From the human T2T-CHM13v2.0 reference genome, Homo sapiens: a stretch of 64,000 nucleotides of DNA. Shown here piece by piece: positions 27,646-48,232 of this stretch. The stretch lies in assembly GCF_009914755.1 (NCBI RefSeq), contig NC_060933.1; one strand, written 5' to 3'. Numbering within the stretch: position 1 is the first letter of the stretch; every line of letters starts with the position of its first letter. The translations under genes were made by a program, and so were the position numbers. Under the pieces are notes generated by a model. It saw only the letters and a program-made list of their open reading frames with translations, was not told the DNA's origin and ran no database searches.

Positions 27646-30548
27646 TCCCCTCTAATGTACCTTTTGATTTCTTTGATACAATTTAAGAGTGTGTAGTTCT
27701 TACAAATTCATGGATTTTTCAGTTTTACTTCTATTATTGTTTTACAGTTTCATTCCATTTTTATCAGAAAAGATGCTTTGTATATTTACAATGTTTTAAT
27801 TAATAAGGCTTGTTTTGTGACCTAACACATGGTCTATCCTAGGGCATATTTTATATTTGCTCTTGAGACAAATATGTATGCTACTGTTATTAAGGGCAAT
27901 GTCCTATATATGTCCATTAGGTCCCAAGGGTTCGTATTGTTGTTGAAGTCATCGATTTTCTCATTGGTCTTCTGCTTGGTTGTTCTATTTATTATTGAAA
28001 GTAGGGTATTGACCCTTTTAAACATTATTGCGAAACAATCTATTTCTACTTTATTTCTGTCAATATTTGCTTTATAGGTTTTGTAGCTCTGGTGTTTGGA
28101 GCGTATATATTTTTAAATGTTATATCTTCTTGGTGTGTTAACACTTTATCCATAAATGATGTCCTTCCTTGTCTCTTGTGACAGTTTTATACCTAAAGTC
28201 TCTTTTCTCTTATAAATATAGGGACCACAGCTCTCCTTTGGTAACTATTTGCATGGAATATCTTTTTCTATCCTTTCCCTTTCAACCTATATGTGTTCCT
28301 AAATCTAAGGTAAATTTCTTATGTAGAGCATATGGTTGAAATCTGGTTTTGCTTTTTTTTTTTTATCTATTTTTCCAATTTACACCTTTTGATTGAGGAG
28401 TGTAATTTATTTATATTTAATAGAAGAAAGAACTTAATTTTACCATTTTGTTATTTGATTTTAATATGTCTTACAGTCCTTTTGTCTGTCATTCTCTTCA
28501 TTACTGCCTTGATTTGTGTTTAGTTAATCTTTGTAGTGATACATTTTACTTCTTTTTTTTCTTTCTGTGTATTTGCTTTTTTTAACTTTTATTTTAAGTT
28601 CAGGTCTACACATGCAGGTTTGGGACACAGGTAAACTTGTGTCTTGGTGGTTTGTTGTACAGATTATTTCATCACCCAGGTATTAAGCCTAGTACCCTTC
28701 AGTTATTTTAGTTATTTTTCCTGATCATTTCCCTCCTCCCACTCTCCACCCTCTGATAGGCCCCAGTGTCTATTGTTCTTCTCTATGTGTCCACGTGTTC
28801 TCATCATTTAGCTCTCACTTATAAGTGAGGACATGTGGTATTTGGTGTTCCGTTCCTGTGTTAGTTTGCTAAAAATAATGGCTTTGAAATCCATCCAAGT
28901 CCCTGCAAAGGACATGATCTCATTCTTTTTATGGCTGCATAGCATTCCATGGTGCATATGTACCACATTTTCTTTATCCAGTCAATCACTGATGGGCATT
29001 TGGTTGAGTCCATGTCTTTGCTATTGTGAACAGTGTCGCAATGAACATACATGTGCACATGTCTTTGTAATAGAACAAATTACATTCCCTTGGGTATATA
29101 CCCAGTAATGGGATTGCCAGGTTGAATGGTATTTCTGTCTTTAGGTCTTTGAAGAATTGCCACACTGTCTTTCACAATGGCTGAACTTATTTACATTCCC
29201 ACTGACAGTGTATAAGCATTATTTCTCTTCACAACTTGTCCAGCATCTGTTATTTTTTGTTTTTATAATAATAGCCATTCTGACTCATTCTGACTCACTG
29301 AGATGTTATCTCACTGTGGTTTTGATTTCCATTTCTATAATGCTCAGTGATGTTGAGCTTCTTTCATATATTTATTGGCCACATCTACATCTTCTTTTGA
29401 GAAGTGTCTATTCATGTCCTTTGCCTACTTTTTAATGGGGTGGTTAATTTTTTGTAAATTTGTATAAGTTCTTCATAGGTGCTGGATATTAGACATTTGT
29501 TGGATGCATAGTTTGCAAAAATTTTCTCTCATTCTGTAGGTTGCCTGTTTACTCTCTGTTGATAGTTTCTTTTTCTGTGCAGAAGCTCTCTGGTTTAATT
29601 AGATCCCAGTTGTCAATTTTTGCTTTTGTTAAAATTGCTTTTGGCGTCTTCATTATGAAATCTTTGTCTGTGGTTGTTTTACAGGATTTCTATAGCTTTG
29701 GATTTTACATTTAAGTCTGTAATCTATCTTGAGTTAATTTATGTATAAGGCATAAGGAAGTGGTCCAATTTTAATCTTCTACATATGGCAGGCTAGTTAT
29801 CTCAGCATCATTTATTAAACAGGGAATCCTTTCCCCATTGCTTGTTTTGGTCAGGTTTGTCAAAGATCAGATAGTTATAGCTTTGTGGTCAGATTTCTTT
29901 GTTTTCTATGCTGTTCCAGTGGTCTACGTGTTTGTTTTTGTACCAGTATCATGCTGTTTTGGATACTGTAGTCCTGTAGTATAGTTTGAAATCAAGTAAC
30001 GTGATGCTTCCAGCTTTGTTCTTTTTGCTTAGTATTGTCTTGGCTATTTGGCCTTCTTTTGGTTCCATATGAATTTTAAAATAGTTTTTTTCTAGTTCTG
30101 TGAAGAATGTCAGTGGTAGTTTAATAGGCATAGCATTGAATCCATAAATTGTTTTGGGAAGTATGGCCATTTTAATGATATTGATTCTTCCTATCCATGA
30201 TCATGGAATGTTTTCCAATTTTTTTGTATCATCTCTGATTTCTTTGAGAAGTGGGTTGCAGTTCTTATTGTAGGGATCTTTCACCTTCCTTGTTAGCTAT
30301 ATTTCTAGATATTTTAGAAATATATTTCTAGATATTTGGTGGCAATTGTGAATGTGAGTTCATTCCTAATTTGGCTCTCGGCTTGACTGTTGCTGTATAG
30401 GAATGCTAGAAAGTTTTGCACATTGATTTTGTATCCTGAGACTTTGCTGAAGTTGTCTATTAGCTTAAGAAGCTTTTTGGGCTGAAACAATAGGATTTTC
30501 TAGATACAGGATTATGACATCTGCAAACAGGGATAGTTTGACTTCTTA

Positions 30549-30683
<135 letters not shown>

Positions 30684-31705
30684 CTATTGCCTATTCTGTA
30701 TGATGCTGGCTGTGGGTTTGTAATAGATGACTCTTATTATTTTGAGGTATGTTTCTTCAGTACCTAGTTTATTGAGAGTTTTTAACATGATTGGATGTTG
30801 AATTTTATCAACGACTTTTTGGCATCTATTGAGATAATCATGTGGGTTTTGTCTTTAGTTCTGTTTATGTGATGAATTACATTTATTGATTTGTGTACGT
30901 TGAACCAAACTTGCATCCCAGAGATAAAGTCTATTCGATTGTGGTGGATAAGCTTTTTGATATGCTGTTGAATTTGATTTGCCAGTGTTTTGTTAAGAAT
31001 TTTTGCATCAGTGTTCATCATAGGTATTGGCCTGAAGTTTTCTCTTTTTGTTGTTGCTGTATCTCTGCCTGGTTTTAGTATGAGGATATTGTCGGCCTCA
31101 TAAAATGAGTTGTAGGAAGTCCCTCCTCCTCAATATTGTGGAATAGTCTCAGTAGGAATTGTACTAGTTCTTCTTTGTACATCTGGTAAAATTCAGTTGT
31201 GAATCATCTGGTTCTGTGCTTTTTTTTGGTTGGTAGGCTATTTATTACTGCCTCAATCTCAAAGCTCATTATAGGTCTGTTCAGTGATTCAATTCCTTCC
31301 TGGTTCAGTCTTGGGAGGGTGTATTTGTCCAGGAACTTATCCATTTCTTCTATATTTTCTAGTTTATGTACATAAAGGTGGTTATAGTATTGTCTGATAG
31401 TTGTTGTATTTCTGTGGGGTCACTTGTAATATCCCCCTTGTCATTTCTGGTTGTGTTTATTTGAATCTTCTCTCTTTTCTTCTCTATTAGTCTAGCTAGT
31501 GGTCTATCTCTTTTATTAACTTTTTTCAAAAAAAATGGCTCCTAGAATTGTTGATTTTTGTAATGGTTTTTCATGTCTCTATTTCCTTCAGTTCAGCTCT
31601 GATTTTGATTATTTCTTGTCTTCTGATAGCTTTAAGCCTTGTTTGCTCTTGGTTCTATAGTTCTTTTAGTTGTGATGTTAGGTTGTTAACTTGAGATCTT
31701 TCTAA

Positions 31706-31970
<265 letters not shown>

Positions 31971-34720
31971 CTTTCTAATTTTTTAATGTGGGCATTTAGT
32001 GCTATAAATTTCCCTCCTAACACTGCCTTAGCTGTGTCCCAGAGATTCTGGTACATTGTATCTTTGTTCTCATTAGTTGCAAATAACTTCTTGATTTCTG
32101 TCTTAATTTCATTATTTACCAAAAAGTCATTCAGGAGCAAGCTATTCAATTTCCATGTAATTTTATGCTTTTGAGTGAATTTCTTAGTCTTGATTTCTAA
32201 TTTAATTGTGCTGTGGACTGAGAGACTGTTTGTTATTATTTCCGTTATTTTGCATTTACTGAGAAGTGTTTCACTTCTGATTATGTGATCAGTTTTAGAG
32301 TATGTGCCATGTGGTGATGAGAAGAATGTATATTCTGTTGTTTTTGCAGGAAGAATTCTGTATATATCTATTAGGTCCATGTGGTCCAGTGCTTAGTTCA
32401 GGTCCTAAATATCTTTGTTAATTTTCTGTCTTGGTGATCTGTCTAATATTGTCAGTGGGGTGTTAAAATCTCCAACTATTACTGTGTGGGAGTCTAAGTT
32501 TCTTTGAAGGTTTCTGAGAACTTGCTTTATGAATCTGGGTGCTCCTGAATGCATATATATTTAGGGTAGTTAGATTTTCTTATTGAATTGAACCCTTTAC
32601 CATTATGTAATGCCCTTTTTTGTCTTTTTTGATCTTTGTTGGTTTAAAGTATGTTGTGTCAGAAACTAGGAATGCAACCCTTGCTTTCTCTGTTTTCCAT
32701 TTGTTTAGTAGATTTCTCTCCATCCCTTTATTTTGAGCCTATATGTGTCATTGCATGTGAGATGGGTCTTTTGAAGACAGCATACAAATGTGTCTTGTTT
32801 CTTTAACCAGCTTGCCACCCTGTGCCTTTCAGTTGAGGCACAGCCCATTTATATTTAAGGCAGTATTGATATGTGTGAATTTGATCCTGTCATGATGTTA
32901 GCTGGTTGGTTATTTCTCAGACCTGTTTATGTGGTTGCTTTATAGTGTCGCTGGTCTGTGTACTTCAATGTGTTTTTGTGATGGCTGTTAATGGTCTTTC
33001 TTTTCCATATTTAGTGCTTCTTTTGGAAGCTCTTTTAATGAAGGTCTAGCGGTAATAAATTCCTTTAGCATTTGCTTGTCTGAAAAGGATCTTACTTCTC
33101 CTTCATTTATGAAGCTTAGACTGGGTATGAAATTCTGGGTTGGAATTTCATTTCTTTAAGAATGTTGAATATTGACCCCCCCTAGTCTCTTCTGGCTTGT
33201 AGGGTTGAGAGGTCTGATAGGCTTCCCTTTGTAAGTAACCTGATTTTCTCACTAGCTGCATTTAACATTTTTTCTTTTATTTCAGCCTTGGAGAATCTGA
33301 GGATTATGTGTCTTGAGGATGATCTTATTGTAAAGTATCTTACTGGGGTTCTCTGCATTTCCTGAATTTGAATGTTGGCCTCTCCAGCTAAGTTGGGGAG
33401 ATTTTCATGGTTGATAACCTGAAATATGTTGTACAAGTTAGTTCTATTCTCCCTGTCTCTTTCAGGTACACCAATCAGTTGTAGATTTGTTCTCTTTACA
33501 TAATCCCATAATTCTTGGAGGTTTTACTTATTCCTTTTCATTTTTTTCTATTCTTGTCTGCCTGTCTTATTTCAGAAAGGCAGTCTTCAAGCTTGAGACT
33601 CTTTTCTCCACTTTGTCTATTCTGCTATTAATACTTGTGATTGCATTATGAAATCTTATAGTGTGCTTTTCAGCTCTATCAGGTCAGTTATGTTCTTCTT
33701 TATACTGGCTGTTTTGTTTGTCAGATCCTGCAATATTATATCATAATTTTTAGCTTCCTTGCATTAGGTTATAATATACTCTTGTAGTTCAGTGAACTTT
33801 TTTTCTATCCATAGTCTGAATTCTACTTCTGTCATTTCAGCCATCTCGGCCTCAGCCCAGTTTGAAACCCTTGCTGGAGAGGTGATGCAGTCATTTAGAG
33901 GAAAGAAGGTGCTCTGGCTTTTTGAGTTTTCAGCGTTGTTACACTTATTCTTTCTCATTTTTGTGTGCTTATCTACCTTCAATCTTTGAGGCTGTTGACC
34001 TTTGAATATTTTTTTTTTCTTTTATCCTATTTGATGACCTTGAGGGTTTGATTGTGGTATAAGGTAGATTCAGCCAACTGGCTTCATTTCTGGAAGATTT
34101 TAAGGAGACAATGTACAGCTCCTAACTTCTGGACTGCATGCTCTAACTCTGGGGAATTTGTATTGGGCCCTAACTTTGTTCTCTTGCTCCTTGAGGTTTG
34201 GACCTACTACACTGAGGAGACCAAGGTGTGGCAGCTGCAGCCGAGTGCTAGCAGATGCAGGAGTGCTTGCCACCATGCAGTCATTCGCCACAGTGACAGA
34301 GGCAAGGCGGTTGCAGGGAGAACGGGGGCCCCTGCTGGAGGAGACTGTGCTGTTGCACTGGAGGTGGTGTTGATTTGCAGTGGGGTGCTGGCTAGTGCAG
34401 GTCTGGGTGCCTTCTCTGTGCCCCACAAGCAGGAGTAGTTACTCAGGGCCTGGGAGGATTCCTTGTCCTCTGCACAGCATGAGCACAAGAGCTGGGTGCT
34501 GGCAGAGGCAGGTCTTGCTGGCTCTGTGCCCACCAAGGCTCCATCTGCAATGGTGGTTGGTGGGGTTTGTGGGGCACAGTGCACTCCTGCATGCTGATGG
34601 GGCAAGTAAAGCAAAACCCACCCATGCAGACACATGCCAGAAAAGTGATGTGAGAAGCTGTCATGGGCTCAGGGGAAGCTGCTATTATATATTATATTAT
34701 GTATGGAGAGGGAATGTGCA

Positions 34721-35810
34721 GGAAAAGACCCTAAGTGTCTTATTCACACTTCCAACAAGGTGCAGTTGACCCAAGGAGAGGACACTATTCTGTTTCCCAT
34801 GGTCCCATACACACCCCACTGCTCATCACCAGACAGGGAACTCCTGGCTTGGGCCCACAGCACAGACCCTGAATCCTGGGCTGATTGTACTGAGTGACTG
34901 CTGGTGATGAGGAATGGGATTAGCGACTTGCTTATAAAAGCAGCCTGGCCAGGTTTTTACAGGGTAGCTGTGCTGGGCTGGGGTAATGCTTCCAGTACTC
35001 CAAAGCCCAAAGGCTGGAATGGCTAAGTCACCCAAACAGCAAAGATTGCATCCTCCCCCTCCCTCTGGGAGCTCCATCCCAGGGAGGTCTGAATCCTCTG
35101 TCAGCTGGAGAACACTGGTGGGAGTAGCCAGAGACCCTGACTGGAAGGCTCCACCTAGTGAAAAGACCCTGAGTGCCTTATCCACACCTCCAACAAGCTG
35201 CAGTCAGCCCAAGGAGAGGAGGTCAGTCTGTCTCCTATGGGTCCCACACACCCCCCACTGCTCATCACCACACAGAGACCCCCTGGCTTGGGCCCACAGC
35301 AGAGACCATGCACCGTGGGCTGATTGAACTGAGTGATGGCTGGTGATGAAGAATGGGATCAGGAACTCACTTACAAAAGCAGTCTGGCCATGTTTTCGCA
35401 GGGCAGCTGTGCTGTGCTAGGGTATCACTTCCACCGCTGGTTGGTTTGGGCTCTCCAAAGCCTGAAGGCTAGAAAGGCTAAGTCACCCTAACAGTAAAGA
35501 TGTTGACCTGCCCCTCCCTATGAAAGCTCTGTCCCAGGGAGTTTTCAAATCCCTGTTGGCCAGAGAACACTGGTGGGAGTGGCTGGAGGCCCCAGCTGGG
35601 AGGTCCTGCCCAGTGAGGAGGAATAGCACTGGGGACCCACCTAAAGAAGCAGTCTGGCCATGTCTTAGAGGAGTAGCTGTGCTGTGCTGGAGGATCCCTT
35701 TTGCCCCTGGTCAGTTTGGACTCTCCAAAGCCTGAAGGATGTAATAGCCAAGTGGCCAAACAGCAGAAGTGGCACCCCTTCCACCCCTCCCTCGAGGAGC
35801 TCCATCCCAG
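34721..35810. repeat. Tandem ~440-bp duplication plus a partial third unit in the L1 5' UTR
   Basis: gaaaagacccta/gagtg units start at ~34722 and ~35160; aaagcagtctggcca-type segment occurs three times. Confidence 0.85.
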
Positions 35811-37301
35811 GGAGGCAAAATGCTGCTATCGGTTGCTGGCTGAAATTCCAAGCCAGTAGGTTTTATCCTGTGAGGCACCGTGGAAGTGGGGCCAACAGAC
35901 CATCATTGCTCAGTCTCCTGGATTCAGCCTCTTTCTTACGAGTATTGTGGGGGTCTAACTTTCCACTTTTCCAGAGTTGCAGCTACTTTTGCTGAGATGC
36001 CTGAAATGCCAGAGTATCTAAAGTTCCTGGGTCTCTGTGCATGCCTGAGCAGCTGCTCTGTGAGATTCCACATAGCTCTGTGTATCAAACTGATAGTCCG
36101 GGTGGAGTAGGTTCACAAGGGGATCTCCTGACCTAAGGGTTGCAAAGATCTATGGAACAAGTGTGAGACCCTGGGGTTGCATATTCACTCACCACTTCTC
36201 TGGGTAAGGGAGCTTCCCTTGGCTCCATGTCACTCCTGGGTGGGCCATCGCCCTGCCTTGCTTTTCTCCCTTCCCTGTGGGTTGAGTTGTTTCCTCAATT
36301 AGTCCTAATGAGAGTCCCTGGATGTTTCAGTTGAAGGTGCTGTATTTACTTGCCCCTTCCATTCCTCTTCATGACATCGATGCACATTAGCTGCCTCCAG
36401 TTGTCTGTCTATGCAATTCCCAGTGTATATTCCATAGATATTTTCTTTTGGTTGCCATGGGATTAAATATAATATCCTAAATTTATAACAATCTTATTAA
36501 TAGTAACAACTTCAATCACATACAAAACTCTATTCCTCTACAGTGCTTTTTCACCATGCTGTTGCTACCATAAATTATATATTTATACACAGTAAACACA
36601 CTGGTATATATTCTTATTTTTATGCATTTGTCTTTTAATTCTGAAGAAAACACAAAGTTGAGTTACAAACCAAATTTACAACAAAACTGGTTATTATGTT
36701 TCCCTAGATACTTAACTTACTAGGGATCTTTATATCTTTGAAAGATTTTGCTTTACTGTCTACTGTCCTTCCACTTTAACTTTGAGAACTTCCTTTAGAG
36801 TGTCTGACAGGACAGATTCAGTGATAATCAATTCTGCCATTGATTTATCTGGGAATTTCTTAATAATTCTATCATTTGTGAAGGACAAGTTTTCTCAGTA
36901 CATAATTCTCAGTTGACAGTTGTTTTTCTTTCAGTACTTAATGTATCTTCCCATTTTTTTCTGGCCTACAGGGTTTCTGGTGAGAAATTTATTAATAATC
37001 TTATTGAGTGTCACTTGAACATGACATTTAACTTTTCTCTTGCCATATTCAAGATTCTTTCTTTGTCTGTGGCTTTTGACAGATTGATTATAATTAGTCA
37101 TAGTGTGGGTCTCATTAAATTTATTCTACTTGAAATTTATTGAGATTCTTTGATTTATAGATTCACATCTTTCATTAAGTTTAGAAAGTTTCCAGTTAAT
37201 ATTTTTTTGAAATAATCTCTCTGCCCTTTTTCTCTCTCCTCCTCTAAAACTGACCCAATGTGTACATTGGTTAGCTTGATGGTACGCCACAAATCCCTTA
37301 G

Positions 37302-37747
<446 letters not shown>

Positions 37748-39576
37748 TAGTAAATTTTTACTTCAATAATTGTATTTTTTAGCTTCAGAATTTCTGTTTG
37801 GTTTCTTTTTATAATTCACATCTCTTTGCTAATATTCTATTTAGTTTGCATTTCATTTTCCTGATTTCCCTTAGTTCTTTTTACTCTTTTCAGCTCTTTG
37901 AGCATATTCAAGAGCAGTTGTTTTAAAGTCTTTTCTAGTAAGGTCAACATCTATGCTTCTTCATGGACAGTTCCTGTTAATTTCTTTTCTTGCATTGAGT
38001 AGGCAACATTTTTCTATTACTTTATATGACTTGTGATTTTTTTTTAAAATTGAACATTTGTAAAACAAAAACAAAAACAAAAAGCAGGCACTTCTCCAAG
38101 TCTTCACAAACTGACTCTTTGCTAGGGCAGTCCATGACTACTTCACTGGTTGTGCTCTGAGCCTAAGGATTAGCCTGAATTGAAAGCTCAAGGTCTTCTC
38201 ATATCTTTTTCTGAACATGCTTTGTACACGGGCGTATGTCTTGCTTTCTCAGTTCCCCAGTATTTATGGCTTTTGAAAATCTTAATATCCCAAAAAGTCT
38301 TATCCTAGCTTCTTTTAATTCTAAAGAAGATAAACAGTTGAGTTTCAAACCAAAATTATAATAAAACTGATATTTATGTTTTCCCCAGGTACTTAACTTA
38401 CCAGAAATATTTATATCTTCATAAGATCTTAAATGGTCTATTGTATATCTCTACTATTATCTCCCACCCCAGGCATTTGGTGCCTGTAGTCTTTCTGAAG
38501 CTTTCATAAGCAGTTCTGGCTGCCTTCCTCATCTGAGATCGAAGTTAAACAGTACAGAGACCAGTTATTTCGACAGCCCCCAGACAGTTTAGAACATGGC
38601 AAGTGAGGTCTGCTCTGCTGTCTCTGGTTTGAGTGATGGAATTGGGAACTGGGTCCTACCTCCTCCAGACCAAGACCACTCTGTGCTAAAAGGGGAAATG
38701 GGAAAAGGGTATATAAAAATGACACAAAGTTTTCTATCATTTTGAATGAGGCTCTTTCTTGTTTGGGTGTTTTCTTGGATACTACAGGACTTTTGCTGTT
38801 TTCCAGAGCTCTTATAAGGTTAGTTCAGCTCATTTCTCATTGTTTTTTGACGTTCCATGTAAGAATGATAGCTTGGAGCTTCCTAGCCTGCAATTTTGCT
38901 AATGTCACTCCTTTCAGTAGCATCAGTTTTTAAAACAGCTGTAAAAATTAAATGCTCACCTCCATAAATATGCTTGCAAAGATGGGAAAGTGTACCTAAA
39001 CTACCAGTTTTATGTTGCTTGACTCCAGCACCTATATTAGTTGCTGAAACCAATGCTTAGGCTCTTTCTGAGCATCCAGATACACAGGTCTTGTCTAACA
39101 TTTGATTGAACTGTGCTACCAAAGTTCATTTCTAAGTTGGTGAGACTACCAGTTCAACTCACTAATATGTATCAGAGTAATGACCCTAATAGTGAACATG
39201 TTGTACATAATGTACTACCATTATAATAAATGGTGTTCATCAAGCTGTTTCTAAATTATAATGCATTCAGAATTTCAATATAGCATCCTAGGGAAAGAAT
39301 GATTTGAAAACCACGTGTGACTTAATATTTTGAATTTGTGATATTATTGAAATTCTCTTTTACAACTTAGGCCCTGGGAGAAAAATAGAGGGTCTCCCTT
39401 CTGTTTTCTCCACAGTTACAATGAGTTTAAGGATACATTGGGCTGTACTGGGGGGTACACATGGGAAAGTGAAGAGAGGGTTCACTTTTGCAAGGTACTT
39501 CCCCTTCTAAATTTAATTTCTCCAGCCACTGATAGATCTTCCCTGGGCTATACTAAAAGGGTAAGAAGGAGTTCGG

Positions 39577-39938
<362 letters not shown>

Positions 39939-39999
39939 TTATATAAATCTTTCGGGCAGCTATGTGTTTTATCATATTTAGTCATTTTCTGTTGGTTTT

Positions 40000-40716
40000 T
40001 TTTTTCTTGCCACTGAATGCATGTCCACCAATAAATAGAGAAAAAGAAAAAGTATATATCTGGAAGACAGACAATAGAATACTAACATAGGAATAATAAA
40101 TATCCCTAGAAAAGCTGAACAGAAAATAACAAGTATTAAAGACATAATTTTAAGTTGCCTGAAACAATCTAAATCTACATATTTAAAGGGTACAACATGT
40201 CACAGCAAAGGTAGACACAGAATAATTAACCTGGAACATCAACTGTTAATAGTAATAGCCTTTTAAATGTAAATAAACAATCAAATTATCTGAATAATAT
40301 ATAACCTTTCTCCCTCCTGCAAAGTCAAAACTACCTGGGATGAAGGAACTCAAGCTTGCAGACCAGCTGCAGATTTCTCCACAGCAAAATTCAAGAAAGG
40401 AAATGAGAACACTGTATACAGAAGTTTCAGGAAAATAACAGTTAGATCTAGAATATTACCCTAGACTACCTATCTTTAATTCACAAAAATAAAATGACAC
40501 TAACCGAAGTTTTACACAAAGAGAAAGCCAAATACTAGCTAACACAAATCCTTCTTGAGTGGGGGATGGGAACAAAAAAGAACTTCGGAAAACCAAGAGG
40601 CCAACAGGAAATCTGTAAGAACACTAGGCAATAGAACTCAAGCTAAAATGTACAGGAACTATGGTTGCAAAATGACATGTAAATGTTATAAAATTACAAC
40701 AACAAGAAAGCATTAT
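40000..40716 (+). mobile_element. Very old L1ME/HAL1 ORF1-like remnant (seems to continue at ~41150-41320 and 50950-51170)
   Basis: A-rich decayed ORF1 motifs (gatttctccacagcaaaa, gatctagaatattaccctagac). Confidence 0.45.
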
Positions 40717-41145
40717 TGCTATAGTTTGGATGTTGTCCCCTCAAAACCTCATGTTGAAATTTGATCCTCAATTTTGGAGGTGGGGCCTAATGAGAGGGGT
40801 TTGGGCCATGGGGACAGATTACTCATGAATAGATTAATGCCCTCCCTGTGGGCCAGCAAGTTCTTACTCCACTCATTCCAGTGAGAGCTAGTGGTCCAAA
40901 AGAGCCTGACACCTCCCTTCTTTCTCTCTTGCTTCCTCTCTCCCCATGTGAGCTGCATGCTGGCTGGCTCCCTTTACCTTCCACCGTGAGTACAGAAATA
41001 GCCTGTGGCTGTCACCAGAAGCCAAGCAGATGCTGGCACCATGCTTCTTGTACAGCCTGCAGAAGCATAAGACAAATAAAACATCTTTACTTTATAAATT
41101 ACCCAGTCTCATGTAGTCCTTTATAACACTGAATAAACTAAGACA
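40717..41145 (+). mobile_element. MST (MSTB-D-like) MaLR solo LTR
   Basis: tgctatagtttggatg...ctcatgttgaaatttgatcc...gcttcttgtacagcctgcagaa...aaattacccagtctca...actaagaca. Confidence 0.9.
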
Positions 41146-41334
41146 ATCATGTAATTAACTAAATTGCAGGTGTAATGGGGAGAAAAGACGAGAGTCCTTG
41201 GAATATTTCCTTATCTTGAATGGAGTCAGGAGACATTGTCAGACCTATCTTGATTTTAAGTTCAAACAGAGGCTTAATCAATTTTTTAAAGATAATCAAT
41301 TAACCAAGAGAAGGACTAAAGGTAGTGTAGGATC

Positions 41335-41771
41335 TGTTAAAAGAAAACTTTAGGCAAATTAAATTTAACAGAGTTTAATTGAGCAAGAAAAAAAAAACGG
41401 TTCATGAATCAGGAAGCCTCCAGAATCACAACAGATTCAGAGAGATTCCAGGGATGCCCCGTGGTTAGAGCAAATTTATAGATAAAAAGGGAAAGTGACA
41501 TACAGAAATTAGAAGTGAGGTACAGAAACAGCTGACTTGGTTACAGGTTGGCGTTTGCCTTATTTGAACACAGTCTGAACAATCAACAGTGTATAATTGG
41601 TTGAAGTATGTCCGCTGGGATTGGCCAAGATTCAGCAACTGTTACAGATGCATTCTCCTAAGTTAGGTTTTTAATCTTGTCTACCAATCCAATTAGATTA
41701 TGGTTCATCCACAAGGACTCAAATATAGAAGTACAGAGTCCTTCTTAGGCCATATTTAGTTCACTTTAACA
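41335..41771 (-). repeat. 3' LTR (MER57A/B-like)
   Basis: Minus strand TGTTAAAGTGAACTAAATATGGCC...TTTTAACA; PPT (minus AAAAGGGAGGAAT) at 41772-41784. Confidence 0.9.
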
Positions 41772-42040
41772 ATTCCTCCCTTTTGATCACCCTCTCAATT
41801 TAGAGAGATTGGCCAAAACTTTAGGCATCGATGCCACTCTCTGTCACCATCATAAAGACTTATTTGGTCTCAGTGTAGAATTCACAGGTCTTCTTTAGTT
41901 TTAGTATGGTGCTTCACAGGTCTTCTTTGGTGTCAATGTGGAATTCACAAGTCACATTTTGTACCAGCTGAATGATTCTTTATGTACTTGCTGACCCAGT
42001 TGGGGTGAGACCATTCAACTTTCAATGGAAGCCTGCATAG

Positions 42041-42455
<415 letters not shown>

Positions 42456-42599
42456 TTATGAAATGAACCGAACCAAAGTAACCAAGTTCAGACAATATAG
42501 GCAGTTCAACAATATTAGGGTCTAATTGGCCATAGTCCTCATTTGGAGTGTGATAGCAATTAAGACCATAGTTCACTATAAGATAAGCTGATTTAAAGA

Positions 42600-48232
<5,633 letters not shown>

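Noticed and set aside
34052-36110. Cluster of 100-140 aa ORFs on both strands
   Set aside because: GC-rich L1 5' UTR; no coding similarity recognised
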